A stretch of DNA of 64,000 bases from the human T2T-CHM13v2.0 reference genome, Homo sapiens. Of the stretch, positions 51,349-64,000 are shown one piece after another. The stretch lies in NCBI RefSeq assembly GCF_009914755.1, contig NC_060926.1. One strand, written 5' to 3'. The position numbers and the translations under genes were made by a program. Below the pieces are notes generated by a model that saw only the letters and a list, made by a program, of their open reading frames with translations, did not search any database and was not told the DNA's origin. Position 1 is the first letter of the stretch. Every line of letters starts with the position of its first letter.

Positions 51349-53719
51349 TCAGGAGGCAAGGTACAGCATCAGCAAAGGAATGGCCGTGGGAAGGGGTGTG
51401 GTGGGGTTTGTAGGCAGGGCAGCCTTACCAGACTGAGGATGTGTGCTGGTTTTGAGTTTGGAGAATATTGGTGACATTAACCAGAAATTAGGAAGTTTGA
51501 AGAGACAGTTTGGAAAGGAGTTGCTTTTTAGACACAGAGAGCTAAAAACAACGTGACTGTGGGTTGCAGGACATCCAAGTTGAGTGATCTCATAGAACCG
51601 GAAGCTGAGGGTCAGGTTGTGGATGGAGCTGTAGAGTGGGAGTCAGCAGCACAGAGGAGGGCTGGATTCCCTCAAAGGAATCTCTCCAGAGGTCTTGCAT
51701 GCAGAGTACAAAGACCAGAGCCCCAAGTAATAAGCTTTGAGAACTGTCCATAGTTAGGAAAAAAGGAACAAGATGGTGGGAAATTAGGATGATTCAGCAG
51801 CAAGGGAAGAGAAAATGTCTGGAAGAGAGTTTCAGTGCTGCTGATTTAACTAGATTTAAGGATTTAACTAGAAGGCAGTCATGATGATTGCTTAGGGTAT
51901 CCATTCAGTAAAACACTGGAGTGGTTTAAGGGGAAAATTGACAGAGAAAAATAGAAGCAATGGCTGGTCACCAGAGAATGGCAGCAGGGAGGGAAAGAAA
52001 GTAGTAACCAGAAGAAGCAATCGAATCAAATATTTTATTTTTGTAAAATAATTCTATTCTTTATCAGCAAACATATAAAATTGTAGTATGTGGTTCTTAA
52101 AATATATTTTGTGTATTAAAATGTGCTTCATCTGCAGACTTCTCTATATTGACATAATCCATATATTTGTAACTTCACATATTTCATTCCTTTGGTGGTA
52201 TCCCATCATATTGATACCAGTATGCTTAACCTCAATCTGTTGTTGGGCAGTTGGAGTATTTTGCAAGTGTAAATATCTCTGATTTGAACATTACTGTACA
52301 AGTGACATTTTTTTCTTTTGTGGATTATTTATTCATGGTATATTCCATAAAGTGAATTACAGAGGTGCAAAGGGTACGATTTTTTAAATAAGCTTTTTAT
52401 ACAACGTTCTTCATGGTGATCTAACCAACTTTCAATTAGAGTAAAAGTTTGGTATTGACGAAGAATCATTTTTTATAAGAAGGAGGTCTGAGCATGTTTA
52501 ATGGCAGAAGGGAAAAGGAGTTATCCAAAGAAAATAGTACACAGACAAGAGAGAAATAAAGCAAAAAGGAATGATCTTTAGGATCCCAGGGAAAGGTTCC
52601 TTTGAAGAGAAGAGGGCATGGCTCTTTCTACCCCTGACTTTTAGGGTGAAGTCCAGGATAGATTACTGGGGTTCCTCCTAAGAAAAGACCTTTCTTTCTT
52701 TAGTAAAATAGAGCCAAGGCCACTTGCTGAGGTGGGGGAGGGAGAGGGTTGGTGGGGAATTGAGTTCTTGAAGGTCTGAATTACCCACAGTGAGAAATAA
52801 GTCTGGGCATATGAGAGATGAATAAAGGTCTTATTGTGAATGCTGCATTGGACCTATGAATTCATAATGGGCTGAGTCTTTAAAGTCCTCTGGCCAGAGA
52901 AGCAGCAGTGAGTGGGGACGGGCACCAGGAATGGGTGTTGCTTGGCATGTTCAGGGCAAGGTTTCTGAGGAGTCAAAACTTAAGATGCAGTGAAGTAGCT
53001 GGCCCTAAGGCCGGAGGTAGAGGAAGGGCCACAAGTTGAAGACAGGCGCTGGTTGTCAGCCAGAATGAGGAGGCAGAGGAATTACAGGGGCCAGTGGGAA
53101 CGGAAAACAGGTTTAGAATATGAGGGATGAGCAGTAAGGAGGCCACTGACAGAGGAAGATTTTCATATTAAAATTTGGCAGAGGCTTCTTTTACTTTTGT
53201 TCATCTTTGTATAATGTTTACGTTTCTAACACAGACGTGTAACCACTAACATTTCTTAAAGGAATATTTGAAATCTCAGGAGTCGAGCTGTGCCTTCCGG
53301 GTGTGGCTGGATTGCTGAGATGGATGAAGGAGAAATGAAGATGGAGCTGGATCATGGAGCCTACCTTGAAAAGGTGCTGGGCCTCTAAGGAGCCTCCACG
53401 TGTCAGCCAGTGGCTTCTGTGGTCTCAGCTTGTCACAAAAGAGTGGCATCCAGCCAGCAGCCCTCCTCCACCTACACTCCAGTAGTGTTCAAAATCCAAG
53501 GAGGCCCATCTTCCCAGGCTTGACAGTCGACTCTTAGATGTGCTGTTGCGTGAGTCTGGTGGTTTCCAACTCTCTGAGCAGATCCCTACTGAGCCATGCC
53601 TCTCTGGCCTCTGTGAGTGAAGGTTCTTCCTCCAGACAGATAGAGTCCCTTGCTAGGAATGCAGTTTTGTGAGTGGAGCTTGGGTTCTACTCATTTTGTG
53701 AGGGTTCCAGCCCTCATCT

Positions 53720-53776
53720 CCTCCACAAGGTGCTTTGTGCAGTGTACAAAGTGTACAACTGTTTATAACAGCCCTG
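53720..53776 (-). mobile_element. MER91-like fragment
   Basis: ttgtgcagtgtacaaagtgtacaactgtttataacagccctg. Confidence 0.45.
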
Positions 53777-56700
53777 TTTCTCTCTTGCCTATTATGAAAC
53801 TTGGCCTAAAGTCCTTTCCTCCTCTGACCCCTCTCTTTCTCATGTCCTCCTAGATCATTCACTTTGACTCTGACCCTGTCTAACACCCTGGGTTGTGGTC
53901 TTTATTCCACCTGCTGGATTCACATTACTTTCATGCTGCACAACTGAAGCCATTTACACAGCTCACCATGCAAAGCAGCCACAGGGGCTGATAGCAGGGG
54001 ACTTAACTAGGTGGGAATATGTGGAAAGTCAGGTGCAGGAGTCAACCTGTGGAAACGGAAAAGCTAGGGCTGCTTTCTTTCCAGGGCCTTACACTGACAT
54101 TACCTTGCCTGGACATTTTGTAGTCCCGTTTCATGAAAGCCAGGACCTAAGCAGAAGTATGGCTCCCTGCCAGTCCCTACCAGGAAGGAACAAACAGCTT
54201 GCAGTACAGGCCTCAAGCCAGGTGGGGCAGGAGCAAAAGTGCATTGTGTTGCCTGTGGAATTAAATGGACTCTCTGTAAACACAGCCTCCTGCCACTGTT
54301 CTTTTCTCTTTCCACCTAGTCAGCCTACCTGAGAATAATTAGCCCTTGGCCTATAATTAGGTAGAATGATTATTTTACTACTGTTTATCCATTTCACTAG
54401 ATAACTAGCTTCATGAGGCAGGGACCATGTGAGACCTAGCAGTATCTGGGGCTCAACAAATAATTGCAGAATGAATGGATTTCTAAGGCATATTTGTTGC
54501 TGTCCATCCTTAATGCTATGAAATGGTACCTAGGAGTGAGTATATAGTGACCATAGTAACTAACGAAAAAGCCCTCACATTTGTCCCTAATGGACAAGAG
54601 TGCCAGCAAAAGCAATGTTTTGGACTTCTCAAAGTCAAAACTCAGAGACTCTCAAGATTTGGAGTAGCATTGAAAATTAGGAAGGCCCAACCCAGCTCCT
54701 GTCAGAGGGAAATGGAAAGACATGAGAGGAAGATCCCACTACCGCTACCACTATCCTGTTCAATAAAGCCTCACTTGGGCAGAGTTAAGCTTCCAGTAAG
54801 ACAGAGACAGAGATAGACATTCAGAGACGGAACCCACCACATAATCTGTGCTTGCATAAATTAAAAATCAAATGTGTAGTGGAGCCTTTCCGAAGGGTGC
54901 ATTTCCCACTCTCCTAGGTATGGATGACTAGATCTTCCAGGAGCCCACTGGGTTCCAAGCTTAGGCTCCAGAACTCCTTTTCTCCATGCAGCACCCCCAA
55001 CCCTGCCTAGCAACTCTCCCCAAGTACTGCTCTGCTTCCCCTGTGGCTTCTCAGACATGCAAGCCTCTGATTGAACTTCTCCTGGCCTGGAAGGCTTGAT
55101 TTTTCAGGACCCAGCAAGGCACTGCTCTGGCCTCGTGGCTGTCCCAGGATGTGTTAGGAGGTCATAACACAAGAGGACTCATGCCTCTGAGGCCCTCTCG
55201 AAGGGTATTGAGAACTCAGTGATAATGCAGGCCCTGTCAAGGGTACTTAAGAAGATCCCATTTGTACCTTTACCTTTAAAATTCATCATTTGAACTCAGA
55301 TGGTTCTCCCAGTATCTAGCTGTTCTGTGGAAATTATGTTGCTTGCCACCTAGAGCAGATGACCTCTTTGGGAGGCATTAGGAAATAACTAGTTGTTTTA
55401 AAGCTCCCAGAGCTGTTAGCTAAAAGATCTTATATATTCCTTTCAGCTTGGTTTTCTGGAATTGACAGCCTTTTCTAATTCCAAAGAGGCTGCCTGTCAG
55501 CTTCCTTAAGAAGCTTCCCAAGATACCCATTGAAGGCCCAAGGCAAGCAAAGAGAAACAACTGAGAAGCCTTTGACTCCAGGTGTCCCTGGGTAGCAGCT
55601 GCCCCTCACCCCGTCCCTTCCCCTTGTTGGGGATGTGAGGTTTGGAAAGAACTTCCTCAGATGACTGCCAAGTCCACAGTTATTCCTCTGAAGAACACTC
55701 GAGAATTTTTGCATCACTTGTCTCACCCTCACCCTAATAATGTTTGTGTCCATGCATTAGCTTTCCCATGAATTTAAATATATTTATATATTATTCTCAA
55801 AATCATTACGACCTTGCCCATATTTTCAGAGAAACTTGTAAGAGTGTTATGTGTTTAATGCCTTTAGTGTATAGTCATAATCAAAAACCCCTTGCTGGAT
55901 GACAAATATAATTCAAAATTGCTTTTAGAATTAAATATTTATGAATTAAAACATTGCAGAAATGCACAATGCAAAAAGTAGAAGTCCTCCATAACTCTGT
56001 CCCCCAAAGAGAATCACTGCCACTATTTTGTTGAATATTCCAACTTTTTTCTACACACATACTAACATATTATTTTTTTTAAACATGGAATCTAACTATT
56101 TTTCATTTGTAGAAAAATTGGAAAAGATAGTAAAGAGTAAGTGAGAAAATTAGAACTACTTTTAATTCTACCACTCAGACAGCAGTGGCACCAGGGGGTG
56201 GTTTGGGTGGGCTTTAGCACTGCCCTCTTCCTGAAAGCTGCCCCAAGGAAACATATGCTCCAAATACAAATGTGTCCTTCTTCTGCATATGCAGCTTCAA
56301 GACTTTCTTCTAGCTCCCTCTTCCCACCAGATTACCAACCCTAAGCCCCTCCATACAGAAAGCTCGTTGCCACCATTGCTTTTCACTGTGGTGAACATAT
56401 TACTCCATTTTCTTCCAGTCGCACATAAATCTTTTAACTAAGGATCATATTCATTTATAGTTTTTACAGTAGTCATATCAAGTTCCAGTGTAAATTACAT
56501 GCAGAACGCACTTCCCATTGCCCCAGGTAACATTAGTTTTGATTTTGTCCCCAGTAGCACTATTTCCAAGACATGTCAGGGAACTGTTTTGAACTCACCC
56601 CTAGGAGATGCTTTCACTGTGCCAGTGGAGAGCTGAAACATAGGGGCAATGACTTGTTTAAGATCAAAATGAAACTCTGCCTTAGCTAAACTTACCCACA

Positions 56701-57264
56701 GGTGTCTAAATGCCCAAGATCATTGGCTGAACTGCCTGAGTTTACTGCAGCATTTGGGAAGGAGTAGAAGGGACATCCCTAGGTCCTGAATTCTTCCTTT
56801 TTCTTTAGCCTCAATATCATTTGCTTAGTACCGTTTAGGTAGATGGTGCTTCGGCCCTGAGAGAGATTGTTAAGACATGTGCTGTTGAAACTCTTCTTCC
56901 CTTTTGGGGAAGGATGTTGGCCTTTCCTCAAGTCAGGCAGAATCCTACCTGGGCCATCTTCCCAGCTCCTGAGATAATTCACAATATTCTCATTCCAAAT
57001 TCTGTTCTGTGCATCTCATTTCTCCATGTGCAAAGACTTAGCCAGAGAGCATTCTGGCAGCATAGATCTGAGTTGGTGAAGCTATTCCTATAGCAGTAAT
57101 GTGGCAGAAGCAGGCCCTGGAGACCCTCCCCACTTGCTCAGGTGTGGCCCAGACCAGTGCTGTACCATACTGCCATGGCCACAGGGCAACCACCATAACT
57201 CAGAGCAACCCCTGGAGAATGAGAGAGCAGCCTAGGAAGTCCCAGTGAGAGGAGACCTAATCAG

Positions 57265-58060
57265 CCAGGTATTCATTTCTTACTGCTGCCTAACAAATTA
57301 CTGTGAGAGTTCTAATCCCCCAGAACTGGTAAATATTCCTTTATAGGACAAAAGAATAGGTATTACCTTATATGGCAATAAGTGTTAATTAAGTTAAGGA
57401 TCTTGAGAGAGAGGTTTATCCTGGATTATCTGGGTGGGCCCTAAATGCAATCATATGTATCTTTATAAGCAGGAGGACAGAGGGGTGTTGAGAGAGAAGA
57501 GACAGTGTGGCCACAGAAGCAGAGATTGGAGTGACCTGAAGCCACCAGAAGCTGGAAGAGAGGCAGGGAGCAGATTCCCCCAAGAGCCTTCAGAGGGAGG
57601 GCAGCCCTACCGATGCTGTGATGCTGGACTTCTGGCCTCCAGACCAGTGAGAGAATGACCTTTGTTGTTTTCAGCCACCCAGTTTGTGGTCATTTGTCAC
57701 AGTAGGCACAGGAAACTAATCCAGTGTGCCAAAATCAAGGTGTTGGCAAGGCTGTGTTTCTTCTGGAGCCTCCAGGAGAAAATCCGCGTCTTTGCCTCCT
57801 CCATCCTCTAAAGGCTGCCCACATTCACTGGCTCCTGGCAGCGCATCACTCTGCTTCCATCATCACTGTTCTCTGACTGACCCTTCTGCTTCCCCTTATA
57901 AGGACCCTGGTGATTACACTGGGCCCACTCAGATAATCCAGGATAATCTTCCCATCACAGAAACCTTAATCACATCTGCAAAGTCCCTTTTGCCATTTAA
58001 GATGACATATTTATATGTTCCAGGGATTAGGACACGGACATCTTTGAGAACCTACCATAG
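57265..58060. mobile_element. Two oppositely oriented MLT1 LTRs (one at ~57305-57723, the other flanking it)
   Basis: ggattatctgggtgggccctaaatgcaatca...aggaaactaat, then aaaatcaaggtgttggcaaggctg...gggcccactcagataatcc. Confidence 0.75.
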
Positions 58061-59002
58061 TCTGTAAGCCTAAATGGTATGGGTATGTTCAAATTAGATG
58101 CTACTCCCTGAATCTTGAGAAAAGCAGTATCAAAGGAAACACTTCTTTATACAGAAGTGGTATCCATGGAATGTATTACCTGCACAGGTTCTCTCAGGCA
58201 GAAAACATGGAAAGCTACGTCAGCTGCAACAGAAAGATGGGGGTATGAATGTGAGCTAGGCAAGATGAGGTTCTCCCTGTAAGTTTTCGAGGTGAGAGCG
58301 TGGGGGAGGGTCTTCTACAGCACTCACCTTTGGTCCTTCTCAGGCAGACTAAGCTGGATGGGCCTTTGGTTTGGGCCAGTAAGGGTATTCCGTGCAGCCA
58401 TCAATCATAGCACTGGTGCCTGTGGAGACACCGGCCACTGGAGAAGATCCAGAGGATGAATCACAGCAGTAGACATGGTATGGGGATTAGAGGTAATGGG
58501 GCATGCTTGTTTGAATGGAGAGTGAGAGGGCTGTGGGAGATGCTATGGAAGATGGAAATGGTGCTTGTGGAGTGTTGGTTGGAGGGAGAGTGGGAAGCTG
58601 AGGAGCCACCGTGTGAAAGAGTTTCCACCTAGAGGTAAGAACTCAGGAGGGAGTGCCCCGGTAATAGCTACCCTTGAAGTCAGACGGAATTACTTGAAGC
58701 GGTTTGGCTTCACATCAAGACCATCAAAAGCCAAGTTCCCATTCTGCTCCTGCCTATCTCTCTAGCTCTGGAAAAAATGATTTCTTCCTCAGAAGTAAAT
58801 AAAATTTCCTCCTTGTATATCAGTGTAATGTGGGAATAAAAAAATAAAAAATTTCCTCCTTGAAGAGGATGAAAAAGCATTAATTATTAATGTTTATTTT
58901 CATATTTACAGATGAAAGACATGCTGAGTTCAAAGAGGTAGAGTTGCGACTGAGGAAGAGAATTAACTCTCAGCATTAAAATTATCCACTAGAAAATATT
59001 TA

Positions 59003-59337
<335 letters not shown>

Positions 59338-60330
59338 CTAGGGGTTGAATACAAAGTTGGAGAATTTCAAAAAGAGATCTGACAATCAATAAAGGGATCA
59401 GAGAAGAATCTTATTAGGACAGAAATGTTTGTGTTCCTAACCACCCAGACTCATTTCTAGGACAAGGCATTAGACAAAGGTGTCAGCAAGCAGCCACCTC
59501 CTACATGCTTGTGAAACACTATGAGAAATTATGGTGCATGCCTCGGAAACTTGCCAGATAATTAATGGCTTAATTCTGCTTCAGCTCTTCTTTTCATAAC
59601 ACAAAGGTCTGAGACTCCAATTAATGAATTTCACTTTAAAAAGAAGTTTGTTGAATACTTGCTCTAGTTTAAAGCATGAAGTTCAAGGTAGGGGACACAA
59701 AAAGAACCCATTCTCCTGGGGCCACCTCTCTAGACAACACTAGCTCCTAAGCAGGCGGGCCTGCTGGAGGCCAGGTTCTAACTGCCAGAGCCATTGCTAC
59801 ATGGTGTGTCCCTTGGCCCACTGTGAGCAGCCACAGCAAAGTGATACCATTGTCTTCATGGGACCAGCATCCTGACCTGCTAGAAGGGGAGGCTCCTCCC
59901 TGACAGTTTTTAAATACAAGGACATTCCAGCATCTCATTATTCTGTGATGGTGTGAGGTAATATCTGTCCTAGTCTCTAGCTTGTTTTTTTTCAACTTGT
60001 ATATCAGAGCGTCAAGAACACTGCATACATTTAGCTGCTTTTAAAAATGTTGGCAGAAGAAACCAGTTAGCTAAGTGGTCATTAATAGCTGCAACTCATC
60101 ATTGAAATTTTTCAGCAAATTTTTTTATATTTGTTCTGCAAGTTGTTTTATCTCATCACAACATTCTGGAATCCAACCAGAAAGGAGACTGAAGTTTCTG
60201 GAGATGAGGGAAAACTGCAATGTAAAACTCATGCTTTGCCCTGACTCAGCTTAATAGTCAGTCCACTGACTGATTAACAGTGACAAGAACAGTGCTGGTA
60301 AATGGGGAAATCGTGTGTGTGTTCTCTAGA

Positions 60331-60500
60331 GCGGGGTTCTCAAGTGTAGTCCTGCTGCTGACTCACCAGGAAAGCCAGCGAAAAATGCAGACTCTGAAGC
60401 CCCAGCCCACAACTGTCCCTCTCTGAGGGTGGCCCAAGGAATCTGCATTAGTAATAGGCCAGTCACCTATGTGTACCCTAAGTTTTGGGAACCTCTTCCC
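60331..60500. mobile_element. MER5-like element
   Basis: ggttctcaagtgtagtcc...aatgcagactctg...aagttttgggaacc. Confidence 0.6.
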
Positions 60501-61479
60501 TAGAGGGGGTTTCCTCCTTGAGGTATGTGGAGTTGATCTTGGCTTGAAAACCTTTACCCAAAGCCAAAAGTGGCCCCTGACACTCCTTGGCAGAAAAACT
60601 CTCCTGCTTCTCTCTTTGTATCCCCTTGGACGCAGAGAAGAGTTGTGCTCCAGCTCAGCACCTCTGTGTGTGGTGAAGTCCCAGTTTATTATTCATTCTT
60701 GCTGCCCGACAGGTAGACAGCATCACCACCTCAGCTTTTTCATAATAGCCACGTAATTCCAGCACCAATGTATCCCACATTGATAAAGAAGCCAAGCCTT
60801 GGAATGCCACCATTTCACCTTTCACTGTGTGATGGCATTCTGAAGTTTTTCTTGGCACTCGAAGAAGAAAAGGCTATGTAGAATTTCTGATGGCTGTTTT
60901 GCAGAACATCCAGAAACACCCGCTAGGCTCCAAAGCCCTAGGCAGTCCCTGTTTAGTTGTGGTCAGGGAAAGAAATGACTCGTCTCTGCATGAGCTGGGT
61001 GCTGTGCAGGATGCTTTCCATACACTGCCTCGATTAATAAGAAAGTGATCCGGAGTCCGTGCAATGCAAGGGAAAGGACAATAACAGCAGAAACTGAATG
61101 AAAGGCAGGCTTGAATTCTGTTCTGAGCTGTGGTGTGACTCATCAGGGTAGGAAAGTCGGTTCCCCAGTGCCTCTATGTATCCTTCTGTAAAATGAGGTT
61201 ATTGCTGTTCCCATCGCCCAATCATCAGGTCAGAGTTGGGAATACTTTGAACTTCCCAGATGAAAGGTGATATAAAACTACAAAGTGAAGAGCTGGTGTA
61301 GAGGAGGGTGCTACAAAACTAAAACTGAGATGGCTAAGTGACAGCAAAATCTAAGGATGTCAGGATGCTCCACTCTGCTGCCAGGAGACTCTCCGGACTT
61401 CGTTTGCCTTGCTTGTCTTATGAAGGATGGTGTGAATACTCACTATCACATAAGGAGGGGCAGCCTAGTGTGGTGGTTA

Positions 61480-61897
61480 AGAGAAAAGACTTTGGGGTCA
61501 CTGACCTGTTGAATCAGAATATTGAGTTAGGAGATGGAGAAGCTGCAGTTTTAAGAAATTTCCAGCTGTGTGTGGTAGCTCAGGCCTGTAATCCTAGCAC
61601 TTTGAGAAGCCGAGGTGGGACGATTACTTGAGGCCAGGAGCTCAAGACAAGCCTAGACAACATAGTGAGACCCTGTCTCTACAAAAAATCTTAAAATTAT
61701 CTGGGTACAGTGGTGCGTGCCTGAAGTCCCAGCTACTTGGGGAGCTGAGGCGGGAGGAACGCTGGAGCCCAGGAGTGTGAGGCTGCAGTGAGCCTGAACC
61801 ATTGCCCTCCAGCCTGGGCGACAAAGCAAGACTGTCTTGAAAACAAACAAAAAATTCCCAAGTGATTTTGATGCAGACCAAAGTTTGAAGAACAGTG
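61480..61897. mobile_element. MER5-like element interrupted by an AluJ-like element (61563-61853, +)
   Basis: tgaatcagaa...gtgattttgatgcagaccaaagtttgaagaac. Confidence 0.7.
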
Positions 61898-62642
61898 TAG
61901 CTCCCCTGGACTCCTGATGGTTCCCAAGGAAGCTGTGTATTTCCACACCCCCTCCTATGCGCCCCATGCTCTCCCCGCTCCCTGAGCCGCTTTCCACTCA
62001 GTCCTTCCTATGCATGCATCAGAAGCATCATCTTTTGGGTTTGCTTCCACTAAGTGAACTCCCACTCTTCCTTCAAAACTAGGTTACACATCACTTCTTG
62101 CCCAAAACTTTTCCTGAACCTTTGCAGAGGAATGAATCCTTCTCAGATACCAAAGAATACCATGCAACCATCAAAGAGAATGAGGGATGGAAAACTAACC
62201 ATATTTTTAGAGGAGAAAAAAAAACTCACAATATTTCTATTTTGATTCAGTTTTTCTTAAATGACTGTACAAATAGGTATATATAGTTTGAATATGTATA
62301 TAGAAAGGTCTGAGGAATATACATACCTGGTAACAGGAAACTTTTAAATTTTATGCACCTCTGTGTTTTTTAAATCTACATACTATTTTTATAATTTTTT
62401 GAATTTAATAACAATTAGAGTAATTACCAAGAGAGTAATTGCTTAAATAATTACAGGGAAGAATCAACTGCTGTTATAGCTCTAGTATATCATGTTATGG
62501 TTGCATGTGTCTTCCTGCACTGTTCAGCTGTGAGCTCCTGAATGGCAAGGCCTTCAGGCTATTCTGCCTGTCACCAGTGCCCAGCATTTCCCTGACACTC
62601 AGTGGGTGCGCACCACGTACTTACTGAACTTAAGAGATCCAC

Positions 62643-62959
<317 letters not shown>

Positions 62960-63895
62960 TCAATCAGTCCCAGGGGAGGTCGGGTCTGCCACTGAGGTAC
63001 AGCCTGTGGTCAGTTGGTATGTCTGGTCCTAGTGGAAAGACAATAGCAGGAAGGAAGTGATAGTGGTGGCTGGACCAATACTGCCTACAGCCTCACCACA
63101 AAAGAAACAGTTTGGTGGTGGTGATAGGGAGAAGAGGACTTTGTTGGTGACAATTGGCTACAAATGGTCTGTGGGTCACTGCCGCTTGCTTTCTCAAATC
63201 CCTACTCCAGTTCTATCAGCTGTGTCTGCCTGCCCCGAGGTAGTCCCTACTCTTTTTCTAAACAATAGAATTCCACATTCATTTTATAGAGCCCCACATA
63301 AATAAAAGAAATTGGCCTATTTTCACACAGTTTATCTCCTTTCTATTTCCATCCCTTCAGAATCCTGTAATCATGAGATTGCCTAAATGGTCTCTCTGGA
63401 AGGCCCTGGCAACGTCTAGGCACGCATCCTGTCTTGCATTTGTAGATCAGATTCTCAGACTCCAAATTGGGCCAGATGTAAATGGGTAACAACTGTCTGT
63501 GTTCTCTCTATCCCACTAAAAGCATCGGGCATTCCTCCTCTCCTTCTCTTATTGAAATAACTTGCGTAAATCATGCTAGACTTTGCACCTTGACCTCCTT
63601 AGGCCACACGTGGAAATTGATTCCCTGCCTTTCACCACCACCACCACACACTCATATACTTTGTGCCAGATTCCTAAGAGAGATTGAATGTGTATAATTT
63701 TTTAATCTCATGATTTTGGAAAATCAGAAACTGTTACTACTCCATAACTAAGGGAGAAGAATAAAAGAGGTATGTTCATATTTATTATATTTATATCTAA
63801 GTGCTATAGCAATACCTTTTGACAAAAATATAATTTTAAAGTCACATTTTAGGAGAAGCGTAGTACTCATTCTCACTGACTAATGTTACCAGATA

Positions 63896-64000
63896 ATTTT
63901 TTTTTTTTTTTGAGATGGAGTTTCGCTCTTGTTGCCCAGGCTGGAGTGCAGTGGTACGATCTCATCTCACTGCAGCCTCCACCTCCCTGGTTCAAGCGAT
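63896..64000 (-). mobile_element. Alu, truncated by the window end
   Basis: Poly(T) plus gagatggagtttcgctc. Confidence 0.9.

Noticed and set aside
56202-56225. CTCF-like GCACCAGGGGGTGG
   Set aside because: Mismatches at key positions, and it probably lies at the end of an old DNA transposon.

Overview
Human (primate) genomic DNA, recognisable as the 2p23.3 DPYSL5-MAPRE3 locus. On the + strand it holds the last eight coding exons of DPYSL5/CRMP5 (3309-18671; 1026 nt, all GT-AG introns in phase) and a ~3.3 kb 3'UTR with two poly(A) signals. A ~20 kb repeat-rich intergenic interval follows, then the CpG-island promoter, non-coding exon 1 and the first ~21.5 kb of intron 1 of MAPRE3/EB3. About 40 Alus plus MIR, L1, L2, MLT1 and MER elements are present, and almost all ORF-track entries are repeat-derived or chance. 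The most intriguing observation is a chain of ~16 minus-strand exon-like segments (41895 to 23081). It starts at a strong-Kozak ATG just upstream of an RFX X-box cluster at the MAPRE3 promoter and can be spliced in one consistent but stop-interrupted reading frame, so it is a candidate decayed (unitary pseudogene) or lncRNA head-to-head partner of MAPRE3. I assembled this model by hand and it is unproven. Other notable items are 4-5 clustered X-boxes, a young AluYb8 insertion, an intergenic CTCF motif, three CArG boxes in nested MLT1 LTRs, and poly(A)-site-dependent miRNA seed matches in the DPYSL5 3'UTR. Repeat boundaries and subfamily calls are approximate and made by eye.
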